Source: Escherichia phage BB1. Taken from it: a stretch of 64,000 nucleotides of DNA. The DNA is taken from sequence record NC_106597.1. The stretch is one strand, 5' to 3'. A program made the position numbers and the translations under genes. Positions 9,663-20,600 of the stretch are shown in pieces; position 1 is the first letter of the stretch; the number at the start of each line of letters is the position of its first letter. Under the pieces are notes generated by a model. That model did no database searches, was not told the origin of the DNA, and saw only the letters and a list, made by a program, of their open reading frames with translations.

Positions 9663-10152
9663 TTTCAAATTGCCCGTATATGCTTTACGGGCGTTTGTAT
9701 CAATTGAGCAAGAAGGTGATTATTCCGTAATTACAACAAGATATAATAAATATGTGCTAGATAATAGGAAGTTGCCTGGCACATTTTCTCAACGTAGGCT
9801 TATTCTATTTGAGAAACGGAAAGAATTACCATACAAGCTCTATCCTATTAGAGGTAGAATATCAATGTTGTCCCAATTAGTTGGGTCAAAGCGTAGCCAA
9901 TTTATAGATTCTGATGGAAATCTTATTAACTGGAAGAAAACTACGTTCTATGATGTTGTCACCTCTAAAGTTTTGCATTCAGCTAGAATCTATAACGGAA
10001 AATACCAATGCTATGTAGCTAAAGTTCCATATCCATTTGTATTATCCTATGTTCCAGCTTATATAAGCTATATTCTGGTAAATAATAGCCCTGTTATTTA
10101 TCAAGTCCATCAAGAGGAGCCTGAAATTCCTAGACTTAGAATAAAATTATGA
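9655..10152 (+). CDS. hypothetical protein
   Basis: GTG-initiated ORF overlapping the polymerase stop; AT-rich codon usage. Confidence 0.4.
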   Translation: MLNFKLPVYALRAFVSIEQEGDYSVITTRYNKYVLDNRKLPGTFSQRRLILFEKRKELPYKLYPIRGRISMLSQLVGSKRSQFIDSDGNLINWKKTTFYDVVTSKVLHSARIYNGKYQCYVAKVPYPFVLSYVPAYISYILVNNSPVIYQVHQEEPEIPRLRIKL

Positions 10153-11501
10153 AGGTTGTTATATCTAATAAAGCCTATTTCAAGCCCGATGATGAACTTT
10201 GGGATTACTGTAGTAAGCAAACCACTTATCACATAGAGACAATGACTAGTAAATACCCTATTATGTATAAGAATAGTGGTGTTGTTGCCAAAGAGATTAA
10301 GTGGATTCCTATTACGCGTCTGGACTTACTAGATGCTAAAGGAGTAAAATACGAATTAGTCGATAAACGCACATTAGCTCCAGTAGATATACCAAAACCT
10401 AAGTTCAAGCTGCGTGAAGAAGACCAGCTCCCAATATATGAAGAGTGCGATGATACCTGTATTATTAATGGTAAGCCTGGATTTGGCAAAACTATCCTAG
10501 CTCTTGCACTTGCATATAAATTTGGCCAGAAAACTTTGGTAATTTGTACCAACACATCTATTCGTGAAATGTGGGCGGCAGAAGTTCGTAAATGGTTTGG
10601 GTTTGAACCAGGTATCATAGGTTCTGGGAAATACAATATTGATCCACCAATTGTGGTCAGTAATATTCAAACAGTGAATAAACATGCGAATAATCTTTCT
10701 AAAGTATTCGGTACTGTTATAGTTGATGAAGTTCACCATTGTGTGGCTACAACTTTCACTAACTTCCTAGAAATATCATGTGCCCGCTATAAGATTGGAC
10801 TATCCGGTACATTAAAACGAAAAGATGGTCTACAAGTTATGTTCAAAGATTTCTTTGGATATAAGATCTTTAGTCCGCCGGTTAATAATACTGTTGCACC
10901 TACAATCCATAGGTACTCCGTGCCTGTTGAGTTATCGGGTAACCAAAACGTACCATGGGCATTACGTGCTAATGATGTGTATAATCATCCTGAATATCGA
11001 GAGACTATTATAAACCTGGCGCATTTATATGTGAATATGGGGCATAAAGTGCTCATTGTAAGTGACAGAACAGAGTTGATCCAAACAGTACTAGAAGCTC
11101 TTGCACAGCGTGGTGTTACAACATACGAAATTATAGGGGCAACCCACTTGGATGACCGATTAAAAATTCAGGAAGATATAGCAAAAGGTGGACCTTGTGT
11201 ACTTGCAGCAGCTCAAAGTATCTTCTCTGAAGGTATTTCCCTTAATGAGCTGTCTTGTTTAATAATGGGAAGTCTCATTAATAATGAATCTCTAATCGAA
11301 CAGCTTGCAGGACGTGTTCAACGTATTGTCGATGGTAAACTCGACCCTATTGTTGTAGATCTAATTATGAAAGGTGGCACTGGACTAAGACAGGCTTCCG
11401 GACGTATGGCAGTATATCGTAACAACGGGTGGAAAACTATTACCATGACTCCGGAAAAAGCAGTTCAATTAGCTAAAATTGCATTTGGCAACAGCTCATA
11501 A
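10149..11501 (+). CDS. SF2 helicase (T5 D10-like)
   Basis: Walker A GKPGFGKT; Walker B DEVHH; ATGA overlap with upstream ORF. Confidence 0.7.
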   Translation: MKVVISNKAYFKPDDELWDYCSKQTTYHIETMTSKYPIMYKNSGVVAKEIKWIPITRLDLLDAKGVKYELVDKRTLAPVDIPKPKFKLREEDQLPIYEECDDTCIINGKPGFGKTILALALAYKFGQKTLVICTNTSIREMWAAEVRKWFGFEPGIIGSGKYNIDPPIVVSNIQTVNKHANNLSKVFGTVIVDEVHHCVATTFTNFLEISCARYKIGLSGTLKRKDGLQVMFKDFFGYKIFSPPVNNTVAPTIHRYSVPVELSGNQNVPWALRANDVYNHPEYRETIINLAHLYVNMGHKVLIVSDRTELIQTVLEALAQRGVTTYEIIGATHLDDRLKIQEDIAKGGPCVLAAAQSIFSEGISLNELSCLIMGSLINNESLIEQLAGRVQRIVDGKLDPIVVDLIMKGGTGLRQASGRMAVYRNNGWKTITMTPEKAVQLAKIAFGNSS

Positions 11502-11513
11502 ATGATGTATAAT
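11485..11513 (+). promoter_or_regulatory. sigma70-type promoter with CATAAATTTGAGAGAG initial transcribed region
   Basis: -35 TTGGCA, 17-bp spacer, -10 TATAAT 11508-11513. Confidence 0.5.
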
Positions 11514-11584
11514 ATATACATAAATTTGAGAGAGAAAGTTTCGGATTGATAAGAAAGTCCGAAGCAGAAAAATAAAAATTTTAG

Positions 11585-11614
11585 TTGCTAAATTCTCTCG
11601 AAATCTAGTATAAT
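11585..11614 (+). promoter_or_regulatory. sigma70-type promoter with CATAAATTCGAGGAG initial transcribed region
   Basis: -35 TTGCTA 11585-11590, 18-bp spacer, -10 TATAAT 11609-11614. Confidence 0.55.
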
Positions 11615-11721
11615 ATATACATAAATTCGAGGAGAAAACAAAAATTAAATTCTTCGATTATGAAAAGCTATACTTACTAGCTAGAGGAAATTCCGACCTA
11701 ATTATTAAGCTATTCAAAAGA

Positions 11722-12006
11722 ATGCTTACAGAGCCTGATGCTCACCAATTATTGGTCGGTTCTTCATTCATTTTGAATGAATCAACAATAGTTGATAATC
11801 CAAATAAATTGTCTAATAGACAACTGGCAGAATATCTAGGAATTTTAAGTCTACGAAATTATGCCGAATACAAGTTTACAAACGATCCTAGTTTGGACAT
11901 ACAATATGTTCCAGTATGGATACCACGTTTAGTAATCGACACTAACCCACTAATCGCAATTAACAAATCGAAATTAATCTTTAAAGAGGAAATAAAATAT
12001 GGCTAA
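11722..12006 (+). CDS. hypothetical small protein (doubtful)
   Basis: ORF without RBS, lying in a long leader downstream of two strong promoters. Confidence 0.25.
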   Translation: MLTEPDAHQLLVGSSFILNESTIVDNPNKLSNRQLAEYLGILSLRNYAEYKFTNDPSLDIQYVPVWIPRLVIDTNPLIAINKSKLIFKEEIKYG

Positions 12007-12772
12007 GTCTTGGGGCGAAACTACTGGCGGTTCTAATGATAAAATCGAATTCCTGAAGTTCAACAACGGTATCACTCGTGTTCGTATCGTTTCTGGTGTT
12101 CTTCCACGTTATGTCTATTGGCTGACTAATAAAGAGGGTAGCGTAGCTCCTTTCGAATGTCTCCGTTTTAACCGTGACAAAGAGAGCTTTGTTCGTGGTA
12201 AAGCCGATCCGGTTCATGAGATGGGCTTCTTCGAGAAAGAGCTGGATAAAGATGGTAATCGTGTTCCGCTGAAACCGAAGAAAAACTATATCGCTTTTGT
12301 TATCGACCGTTCTGATAACAAACTGAAAGTAATGGAAGTCAAGGCTACTATTCTGAAAGGCATCCAGTCTATCATGAAGCAGTTGAATCTGGCAACCCCA
12401 TTTGATATTGATATTTCTATCGAGAAAAAAGGTAAAGGTTTCGATACTGAGTATGACGTACAGCAGATTGCTGCTATGCAGTTCCAGATTAAGCTGCAAG
12501 ATCCTAACAGTGCAGAATCTAAGCAATATGCTGCAGACGTAGATCTAATCGGTGAAGCTATGTGTGACGAAGATGGCGACATCATTAAGTTCGAAAAAGT
12601 TCCTTCTCTGGAACAAACCTATCCGGTTCCTACCTATGAAGAGCAGAAAGAAGCGATTCAAGCCTTCATGGAAGGTCGTGAGAATAAAGATGATGATGCC
12701 AAATCTGGTAATAGCAATGCGGGCTCCCAGAAAGGTATTGACTCAGAAGCTGCAAGCGATCTGGACGACTAA
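11999..12772 (+). CDS. D11-position protein; possible ssDNA-binding protein
   Basis: Good RBS AAAGAGGAAA; host-like codons; acidic C-terminal tail (SEAASDLDD); terminator follows. Confidence 0.4.
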   Translation: MAKSWGETTGGSNDKIEFLKFNNGITRVRIVSGVLPRYVYWLTNKEGSVAPFECLRFNRDKESFVRGKADPVHEMGFFEKELDKDGNRVPLKPKKNYIAFVIDRSDNKLKVMEVKATILKGIQSIMKQLNLATPFDIDISIEKKGKGFDTEYDVQQIAAMQFQIKLQDPNSAESKQYAADVDLIGEAMCDEDGDIIKFEKVPSLEQTYPVPTYEEQKEAIQAFMEGRENKDDDAKSGNSNAGSQKGIDSEAASDLDD

Positions 12773-12778
12773 TAAATA

Positions 12779-12804
12779 GAGGGGCTTCGGCCCCTTTCTT
12801 TTTA
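12779..12804 (+). terminator. rho-independent terminator
   Basis: GGGGC-TTCG-GCCCC followed by TTTCTTTTT. Confidence 0.75.
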
Positions 12805-12808
12805 ACCA

Positions 12809-13786
12809 ATGAGAATATTATTTAGTGCTGATCATCATATCAAACTAGGACAAGATAAAGTTCCAAAGGAATGGCAGAAGCGTCGCTTCCTGATGCTAGG
12901 AGAACGGTTAAATGATATATTCCATAATCATAACTGTGATCTTCATATTGCTGGTGGTGATATACTTGATGTTGCCGACCCGTCGTCAGAAGAAATAGAG
13001 CTGCTTGAACAGTTCATGTCAAGACTCGACCATCCAGGCAAAATCTTTACTGGAAATCATGAAATGTTAACTAAAACCATTTCATGTCTATATCACTATG
13101 CAGGAGTTATTAATAAAGTAACTAGTGGAAAGTGGGAAGTAATTACCAAACCATATCGTTCTCCTGAATTTGATATTGTTCCGTATGATGAGATCCATAA
13201 ATCTAAGTGGAAACCATCTGAATCAAAACTATGTTTCACGCATGTTCGCGGTGAAATCCCTCCGCATGTAAAACCAGAAATTGATCTAACTAAGTACAAC
13301 TGTTATGATACTGTAATTGCTGGCGATTTACATTCTTATACTAATAGCCAGACTATCGGATCTACTAGACTCCTCTACCCAGGGTCTCCATTAACTACAT
13401 CGTTCCATAGAGAACGCACAAAAGGTACAAATGGTTGCTTTATCATTGATACCGACACATTAAAAGTAGAATGGATTGAACTCGGTGATTTACCACAACT
13501 GATTCGTAAAACAATCGGAGCTGGTGAAGAGATGGAACCTAGTGATTATGATCGTGTAGTCTATGAAGTTACTGGTGACGTTGTTCAATTAAAGTCTATC
13601 AAAGACTCTGATTTATTAGATAAGAAGATTAACCATCGAGTTACTAAAGACGCTAAGTTAAATCTTGTTGATCTTGATATGTTAGGCGAACTTGAACTTT
13701 ACTTCCGTGAAGTCGAGAAGCTATCTCAAGGCGACATTGATAGAATCTTGGCTAGAGCTGCGAAATATGTCAAAGATTACAATTAA
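12809..13786 (+). CDS. SbcD/Mre11-like nuclease
   Basis: Calcineurin-like phosphoesterase motifs in order: ADHH, GGDILD, GNHE, GDLH. Confidence 0.75.
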   Translation: MRILFSADHHIKLGQDKVPKEWQKRRFLMLGERLNDIFHNHNCDLHIAGGDILDVADPSSEEIELLEQFMSRLDHPGKIFTGNHEMLTKTISCLYHYAGVINKVTSGKWEVITKPYRSPEFDIVPYDEIHKSKWKPSESKLCFTHVRGEIPPHVKPEIDLTKYNCYDTVIAGDLHSYTNSQTIGSTRLLYPGSPLTTSFHRERTKGTNGCFIIDTDTLKVEWIELGDLPQLIRKTIGAGEEMEPSDYDRVVYEVTGDVVQLKSIKDSDLLDKKINHRVTKDAKLNLVDLDMLGELELYFREVEKLSQGDIDRILARAAKYVKDYN

Positions 13787-15605
13787 GACACTAAAATTTA
13801 GTAACGTTATGTCTTACGGTAAGGACATCGTAATTCATTTCGATAAGAATCCAGTTACTCAACTAATTGGTGGCAATGGGCTAGGGAAATCCACCATTGC
13901 TACTGTTATTGAAGAACTATTTTATAATAAGAACTCACGCGGTATTAAGAAAGATGCTCTGTTCTCTTGGTCTTCTCCGAAAAAAGAGTATGATATGCAC
14001 GCTTATTTCTCGAAAGATGAAGATGAGTATGAACTGCATAAAGTAGTTAAGTCAACTGCTAAAGTAACTCTTATTAAGAATGGGGAAGATATTAGTGGAC
14101 ACACGGCAACCCAAACATACAAGATGATTGAAGAGATTATGGGTGGTGACTTCCAAACATTCACCAAACTAATTTATCAATCAGTGGGTTCCAATCTAGA
14201 CTTTCTAAAAGCAACAGATGCAACACGTAAGGCTTTTCTTGTTAACTTGTTCAATCAAGAACAGTACAAAGAAATGTCAGAAACTATTAAGGCTGACCGT
14301 AAAGAAATAGCAAATACCTTAAATAATTTGCAGGGCCAAATGGCTGTAATTACGAAAATCCTTAATGGAAAGAATAACTTGGGAACCTTACAAGAACCAG
14401 TCGAAGTGCCGGAGTTTGATGAAGAGCCATTAGCACAAGAACTTACTGAATCGAAAATTAAGGCGGCATTAGCCAAGTCTCAAGAGGCTAATATTACTAA
14501 ATTGCGTAATTTGGACAAAGCTGTACAAGTTGCCGAACAATCTTTCGAGCCTTTTAAAAATTTGCCTGCGCCCACTGACCAAAACGAAGAGATCTCAAGT
14601 GTTACGCGTGACCTAACGATTGTGACCTCACGTGCGGGCGAAGTTAAGAAACGTTATCAGAAGTTCAAGCAAGAGGCTTCAAATACTGAATGCCCTACCT
14701 GTGGTACTCATCTAGATACAACTGCTGCTCAAAAAGCAATGGATATGGCTAGAACAGAATATGATCCTCTGTTCAAAGAGAAGCAATCTCTTGAAGCTAA
14801 GCTAGAACAGTTGAAGAAAGAACAACTTGAGTATGTTGCGTATACTAGAGCAAAGGATGCTTTGGATAAAGCAGTGGTAGCTAGAGACGAGTTCAAAAAT
14901 TCAATGAGTGATGCTTCTTTTGAAGAACTCAATGTGCAAATCCTACAGGTGCAAATCCGACAATTAGAACAGGAAATCGCTGATGGGCGTTCTAAGGTTG
15001 CAATTGCTAAAGAACATAATGCAAATGTTGAGTTAGCCAATGCAAAATATAAAGCGAAACTAGAGCAGATTGAGAAAGCTGAAGCAGAAATGTCCGAGAT
15101 TACTTCTAAACTGGATGGAGTATCCGAAGCTGTTGCTGATCTCGATATTCTGATTGCTGCATTAAAGAATCTAGTAGGGTATAAACTAGAGCATAGTGTG
15201 AAAGTATTTGAAGAGCTAATTAATAAATACCTTTCAATTATGACTGGTGGTAAATTCGCACTTGGATTTGAACTTGATGAAACAAAATTACAAGTAGTAA
15301 TCTTCAATGATGGAAACCGTACCAGTATGGAGAACTGCTCTACTGGTCAGCAAAGTCGAATTAATCTAGCAACCCTGTTAGCTATTCGGATGCTGTTAAC
15401 ATCTATTAGTAAAGTTAATATTAATCTTCTATTCCTTGATGAAGTAATTAGCTTTATTGATACAAAAGGACTTGATACTCTCGTTGAACTATTAAATGAG
15501 GAAGAGAGTCTAAATTCTATCATTGTTTCTCATGGGCATACGCATCCACTAGCTCATAAGATTACTGTCAAAAAAGATGCAGAAGGATTTTCCTACTTAG
15601 AATAA
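13767..15605 (+). CDS. SbcC/Rad50-like ATPase
   Basis: Walker A GGNGLGKST; long coiled-coil; central CPTCG zinc hook; C-terminal LLFLDEV; start moved to Met26 of track ORF. Confidence 0.75.
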   Translation: MSKITIKTLKFSNVMSYGKDIVIHFDKNPVTQLIGGNGLGKSTIATVIEELFYNKNSRGIKKDALFSWSSPKKEYDMHAYFSKDEDEYELHKVVKSTAKVTLIKNGEDISGHTATQTYKMIEEIMGGDFQTFTKLIYQSVGSNLDFLKATDATRKAFLVNLFNQEQYKEMSETIKADRKEIANTLNNLQGQMAVITKILNGKNNLGTLQEPVEVPEFDEEPLAQELTESKIKAALAKSQEANITKLRNLDKAVQVAEQSFEPFKNLPAPTDQNEEISSVTRDLTIVTSRAGEVKKRYQKFKQEASNTECPTCGTHLDTTAAQKAMDMARTEYDPLFKEKQSLEAKLEQLKKEQLEYVAYTRAKDALDKAVVARDEFKNSMSDASFEELNVQILQVQIRQLEQEIADGRSKVAIAKEHNANVELANAKYKAKLEQIEKAEAEMSEITSKLDGVSEAVADLDILIAALKNLVGYKLEHSVKVFEELINKYLSIMTGGKFALGFELDETKLQVVIFNDGNRTSMENCSTGQQSRINLATLLAIRMLLTSISKVNINLLFLDEVISFIDTKGLDTLVELLNEEESLNSIIVSHGHTHPLAHKITVKKDAEGFSYLE

Positions 15606-15608
15606 AAC

Positions 15609-16091
15609 ATGGCTGTAGATAGTAGAGAGAAAGGTAAACGTGGCGAATATCAGGTAAGAGATATTTTACGTGAACGTACAGGTCTTGAGTGGGAACGTGT
15701 TCCTGGTTCTGGTGCTTTTGGCCAGAGCCACGGACTGAAAGGTGACATCTACCTTCCACCACAAAGCGGGCACATTAGTAAATACTGCTTCGAAGTTAAG
15801 TGGTATAAAGATGATAATATATCAAGTAATTTATTTAATGTTGGTGAATCCACTCTAGAGAAATGGTGGCAGCAGTGCTCACGTGAAGGTGAGCAGATGA
15901 ACTCCAAGCCTGCATTAATATTCAAAAAAGACAGAGGACAGTGGTTAATAGCTTTGGATAGCTCAGACCCGATGGTTGACAACTTAATGAGTCGTACCCA
16001 TATGGTGTTAAATAAGAAAGACATGGAAATCGTAATTGGCTTATTTGAACCGTGGCTACATCATGCATCTGTTGAGGACTTAATTAAATAA
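15609..16091 (+). CDS. putative PD-(D/E)xK nuclease, Hjc-like Holliday junction resolvase
   Basis: Motif order KGKRGE...SG...GDIYL...EVKW resembles Hjc-type resolvases; sits between SbcC-like gene and flap endonuclease. Confidence 0.4.
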   Translation: MAVDSREKGKRGEYQVRDILRERTGLEWERVPGSGAFGQSHGLKGDIYLPPQSGHISKYCFEVKWYKDDNISSNLFNVGESTLEKWWQQCSREGEQMNSKPALIFKKDRGQWLIALDSSDPMVDNLMSRTHMVLNKKDMEIVIGLFEPWLHHASVEDLIK

Positions 16092-16966
16092 TGAGTAAAT
16101 CCTGGGGAAAATTTATTGAAGAAGAGGAAGCTGAAATGGCTTCCCGTCGTAACCTAATGATTGTCGATGGAACTAACTTAGGCTTTCGCTTCAAGCATAA
16201 CAATAGTAAAAAACCATTTGCCTCAAGTTATGTTTCCACTATTCAGTCTCTTGCAAAATCTTATTCTGCTAGAACTACAATAGTTTTAGGAGATAAAGGG
16301 AAGTCTGCATTCCGCTTAGAGCATCTTCCCGAGTATAAAGGGAATCGAGATGAGAAATACTCACAGCGTACGGAAGAGGAGAAAGCATTAGATGAGCAGT
16401 TCTTCGAGTATTTGAAAGATGCTTTCGAATTATGTGAAACTACATTCCCAACTTTCACTATTCGTGGTGTAGAAGCAGATGATATGGCAGCTTATATTGT
16501 TAAGTTGATCGGACATCTATATGATCACGTTTGGCTGATTTCTACTGACGGTGACTGGGATACTTTATTAACTGATAAAGTATCTCGCTTCTCTTTCACA
16601 ACACGTCGTGAATATCATCTTCGTGATATGTATGAGCATCATAATGTTGACGATGTAGAGCAGTTTATCTCTCTAAAAGCAATTATGGGTGATTTAGGGG
16701 ATAATATCCGTGGTGTTGAAGGTATTGGGGCAAAACGCGGGTATAACATTATTCGTGAATTTGGTAACGTTCTGGATATTATTGATCAGCTTCCACTGCC
16801 TGGAAAACAGAAATATATACAGAATTTAAATGCTTCGGAAGAATTGCTTTATCGAAACCTAATTCTGGTTGATTTACCTACCTACTGTGTGGATGCTATT
16901 GCTGCAGTGGGTCAAGACGTATTAGATAAGTTTACAAAAGATATTTTGGAGATTGCAGGACAATGA
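16091..16966 (+). CDS. flap endonuclease / 5'-3' exonuclease (T5 D15-like)
   Basis: PIN-like acidic motifs (GVEADDMAAYIV, STDGDWD) and H3TH-like region; 291 aa. Confidence 0.8.
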   Translation: MSKSWGKFIEEEEAEMASRRNLMIVDGTNLGFRFKHNNSKKPFASSYVSTIQSLAKSYSARTTIVLGDKGKSAFRLEHLPEYKGNRDEKYSQRTEEEKALDEQFFEYLKDAFELCETTFPTFTIRGVEADDMAAYIVKLIGHLYDHVWLISTDGDWDTLLTDKVSRFSFTTRREYHLRDMYEHHNVDDVEQFISLKAIMGDLGDNIRGVEGIGAKRGYNIIREFGNVLDIIDQLPLPGKQKYIQNLNASEELLYRNLILVDLPTYCVDAIAAVGQDVLDKFTKDILEIAGQ

Positions 16967-17409
16967 TTAAAATTAAATTAACCCATCCAGATTGTATGCC
17001 TAAGATTGGCTCCGAAGATGCCGCAGGTATGGATCTGCGAGCGTTCTTTGGTACTAACCCTGCTGCAGATTTACGTGCTATTGCACCAGGCAAATCTCTT
17101 ATGATTGACACCGGTGTCGCGGTAGAAATTCCGCGAGGTTGGTTCGGTTTGGTGGTCCCTCGTAGCTCCTTAGGTAAACGTCATCTGATGATTGCAAACA
17201 CCGCAGGAGTGATTGACTCAGACTATCGTGGAACTATTAAGATGAACCTTTATAACTATGGTTCTGAAATTCAAACTCTGGAAAATTTTGAAAGACTTTG
17301 TCAGCTAGTAGTAGTACCGCACTACTCAACTCATAATTTTGAAATCGTTGACGAACTAGGGGAGACTGGTCGTGGGGAAGGCGGATTTGGAAGTTCAGGA
17401 AGCAAATAA
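16963..17409 (+). CDS. dut: dUTPase
   Basis: dUTPase motifs AGVIDSDYRGT and C-terminal GRGEGGFGSSG; 148 aa. Confidence 0.85.
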   Translation: MIKIKLTHPDCMPKIGSEDAAGMDLRAFFGTNPAADLRAIAPGKSLMIDTGVAVEIPRGWFGLVVPRSSLGKRHLMIANTAGVIDSDYRGTIKMNLYNYGSEIQTLENFERLCQLVVVPHYSTHNFEIVDELGETGRGEGGFGSSGSK

Positions 17410-17635
17410 TTTTACCGATCCTAATATGGTAGGTATTAATACTAATACGTCAACTTATCAGATTAAAACTACTGAACCAGAAACGGTTGTACTAAAAACA
17501 GATAAAGAAGGTAATGTTATTTTCTGGGATCCTGAAGGTTTTGTAGAGCTTTGTACTAATACGGATAATGAGCAGTTAAAAATATTATTAACTATTTATA
17601 ATCTTGGTATTATAGAAGGTTGTAGAAGTGAATAA
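17372..17635 (+). CDS. hypothetical small protein
   Basis: ORF overlapping dut 3' end; no clear RBS; followed by bidirectional terminator. Confidence 0.3.
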   Translation: MGKADLEVQEANNFTDPNMVGINTNTSTYQIKTTEPETVVLKTDKEGNVIFWDPEGFVELCTNTDNEQLKILLTIYNLGIIEGCRSE

Positions 17636-17639
17636 TAGA

Positions 17640-17677
17640 AAACCCCAGTGGATTTTGTCCACTGGGGTTTCTTTTTA
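17640..17677. terminator. bidirectional terminator between converging early and late transcription
   Basis: CCCCAGTGG-loop-CCACTGGGG with A-run 5' and T-run 3'. Confidence 0.7.
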
Positions 17678-17681
17678 GCTA

Positions 17682-20600
17682 TTATCTATTCGCTAGTAGA
17701 GAGTTAACTACTATGGTTAGATCTGCAATTTGCTTTTTAAGATCAGATACTTCTGATTCTAGAGCTGTGATCCTGCTATCAGATTCTCTGCTTACCTGTA
17801 CTAACAACCCGGTAATGGCCCCATAATCTACCGAATAGAATCGTTCCTCTCCAACGAGAGGCTCACCGTTTAGGGTGGCACCTGCGAGATCTGTATATTT
17901 TGTAAATCCACTTACAGCCTCCGGTAGCGCTTCCATCACTTCCTGGGCTATAACTCCCGCGTACGGCATACCGTTTTCTTTAAGGGTATATGTATATCCT
18001 TTCATTTTACGGAGAGATTCTGTAGCATTGGGTATCTCTACTATGTTATCTTTTAGATCCCTATCAGAAGCTTGGTTAAATGCGATTGCTTGAGCAGCCC
18101 CATTTACTTGGAGAACACGAGATCCATCAGTATTTTGTTGCGCATAAAATAAGTATCCATCAGTTAATTTACACTCAATAACAGAAGGTCTTCCAGTAGT
18201 ATTACCCCATAATTGAAGTATAGCATCTTTAGCTGCATTTGATGTATTTTCAATTCTAAACTGTCGATTATTTGAACGACGTACAACTATAGCAGTACTA
18301 TCTGCAAAAACTCCACCACCATAATTAGGGGTCCTTATTGAAGTATTACCATCCTCCCCTAAACTTAATGAACTGCCCATCATCTCATTAGCTATAACAA
18401 CAGATTTTCCAGCTCCGGTTTTACCAAAATACCACATTCTAGTATTATTAGCTGTTCTACCTGCTAAATAACCACTTTCAGAAGTATCATCAACACTAGA
18501 TTTTAGGGTTAATGCCTCTCCATTTTTATTTATAAAAAGAGGGACTTTAAAATCAGCATATTGATCCGTAATTATACGATTCCATGCACCTATAGTGCCA
18601 GATTCAATACTTCTCAGATAATATTTATTACCCCTACCGGCTAGTTGAGTAGCATAGTTACCACTAAAACCTATATGTACCCCACCATATACAACATTGT
18701 TTTCAGGACTATTAACTTGACCAGCAATACCATAAAACTTATTGATAGTGTTATGTTGTGTATTCCAGTCTACACCAGTAGAAGATAACATACCTGAAGG
18801 AGCTGAGAAGGTCCCATCCTTATTAAAATTAAAGAATTTATGACTAGCAGAACTAGTCATATCCCTAACAATAATCTGTCCAGCTTCTTCTGTTGCCCTA
18901 AACTCACTTTGTCCTAATATGGTATCAGCACTATTTACTAACTGAGATGTGTATGTATTTTTTGTTACAGCATCGCCTCTAGCAGAAAAACTATTAGCAC
19001 CAACAACACTACCATTAAAAGTAAAAGAAGGTGCAGTAGCAGAAAAGGCGTTACCAGAGTTAAGATTATTAGTTAAAGCAAAATTAGGAGATAATCCCTG
19101 ACGGAAAGGATGATTAGAGTAAAAGCCAGAACCGCCACCAGTAAAGTTCAAGAGGTTGCTAACATTACCCTCAGCATTTCCATCACCCGCATCTGTTACT
19201 CCAAATTTAAATTTAACCCCGTTAGTTCCTAATACATAGTCTTCCGTTGGAACATTTATAACAACCTTTGGGTCTGTCATAATGTTCACAGGAAATGCTT
19301 TATAGTGCACATAAACTGCTATGTGTTGAGCATAGTCCTTGTTACTTCCTTTTATGCATAGAATACCCAACTCATTGGGGTCATACGTTGTGAATACTCC
19401 ATATGCTATACTAGGGCTATCGCTCCAGCCACCACAAGTTACGTAGCCAGAAAAAACATTATTATTCATCTCATGGCCGGCCGATCTACCAGGAGTACGA
19501 ATAGATATAGGTACTGGCATAACCCCATTACCATTAACACCTCCAGTATAAAATATAACTGGATAGTATTTCCCATCAACAGCACCTGAAGGCGCATTAA
19601 TAGTTTGGTAAGTACCTATAAATCCTGTAGTAGGTATACCTAAATTTTGTTGAGTTACAGTAAGATTCCTAACAGCTATAGTATCCGTATTAATCTCATT
19701 TGGTACGAATAGTTGACCATTATGTTTAAAATGGAATGTTTTATAAGATGGGCCAGTATCTTCTCCCATAATCTGCAGAGTTGCAGCAGCAGTACCATCA
19801 GAAAGTTTTTCAGGGTATAAGCGCATACGCGCTCTTTGAGTACCATTCACAGCTCTTAAGTAACTATTAATAATACCTCCAGCAGCTGCCGTACTATCAC
19901 TATATCCAGTTAATGATAGACCAGCAAATAATGGTGCATGCTGGGAACCTAGCTCAATAAGCTGTCTACAGTAGCTAGGATCGTAACTATTAAGGATAGA
20001 TCCCCAGGCAGACCATGTTGAGGTACCTGGGTTATAACTACGTTCGTATATCCTATTAGTACTAAAGGTAATGTATATCTGACAACATCCAGCAACCCCA
20101 TTAGCACTATTTTGTAGTACCATTAAGTTTCCCGCTTCTTGAATAGGATAATTACGGGCTATAGTTGCATTAGCAGATAGATTCTGGTAATAGAAACCTG
20201 CAGACTCACCCGTAAGATCATTCAAGTTCTGATCTGTTAAGGTAGAAAATCTACGATACATTACTTCCAGATTTCTACGTGCGTCAGAAGTATTAAGAGC
20301 ACCAGTGCCGCCCTGAGCTATTGCGAGAGGTTGCCACCTACTAGTTGTAGGATTAAATGCTCCCCACTGACCACCAGCATCAACCTGTAAGTAACAGCCA
20401 TCCGACTGAATATCTGTTGAACAAACGATGGTTCTTGTATCACTGGAACGTTGGAAGCGGTTTAGCTGTAGATTAGTTCTCGCTTCAGCAGCTGATCTAC
20501 CTCCGGTACCACCCTGTCCTACTGCAAGAGGTATGTATGTCCTATTCTCTATATCATAAGCTCCCCAGAGTTTATTGGAAGTAATAATTATTTTTGCACC

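Noticed and set aside
2867-16458. Internal or antisense ORFs inside replication genes (2867..3070, 3409..3918, 4900..5118, 7471..7758, 7602..7850, 8841..9131, 8971..9219, 10229..10636, 10497..10739, 10825..11013, 11981..12526, 12286..12585, 12552..12779, 13096..13299, 14255..14476, 14729..15307, 15568..15762, 15749..16024, 16261..16458)
   Set aside because: Embedded in or antisense to long motif-bearing genes; translations are low-complexity; no RBS.
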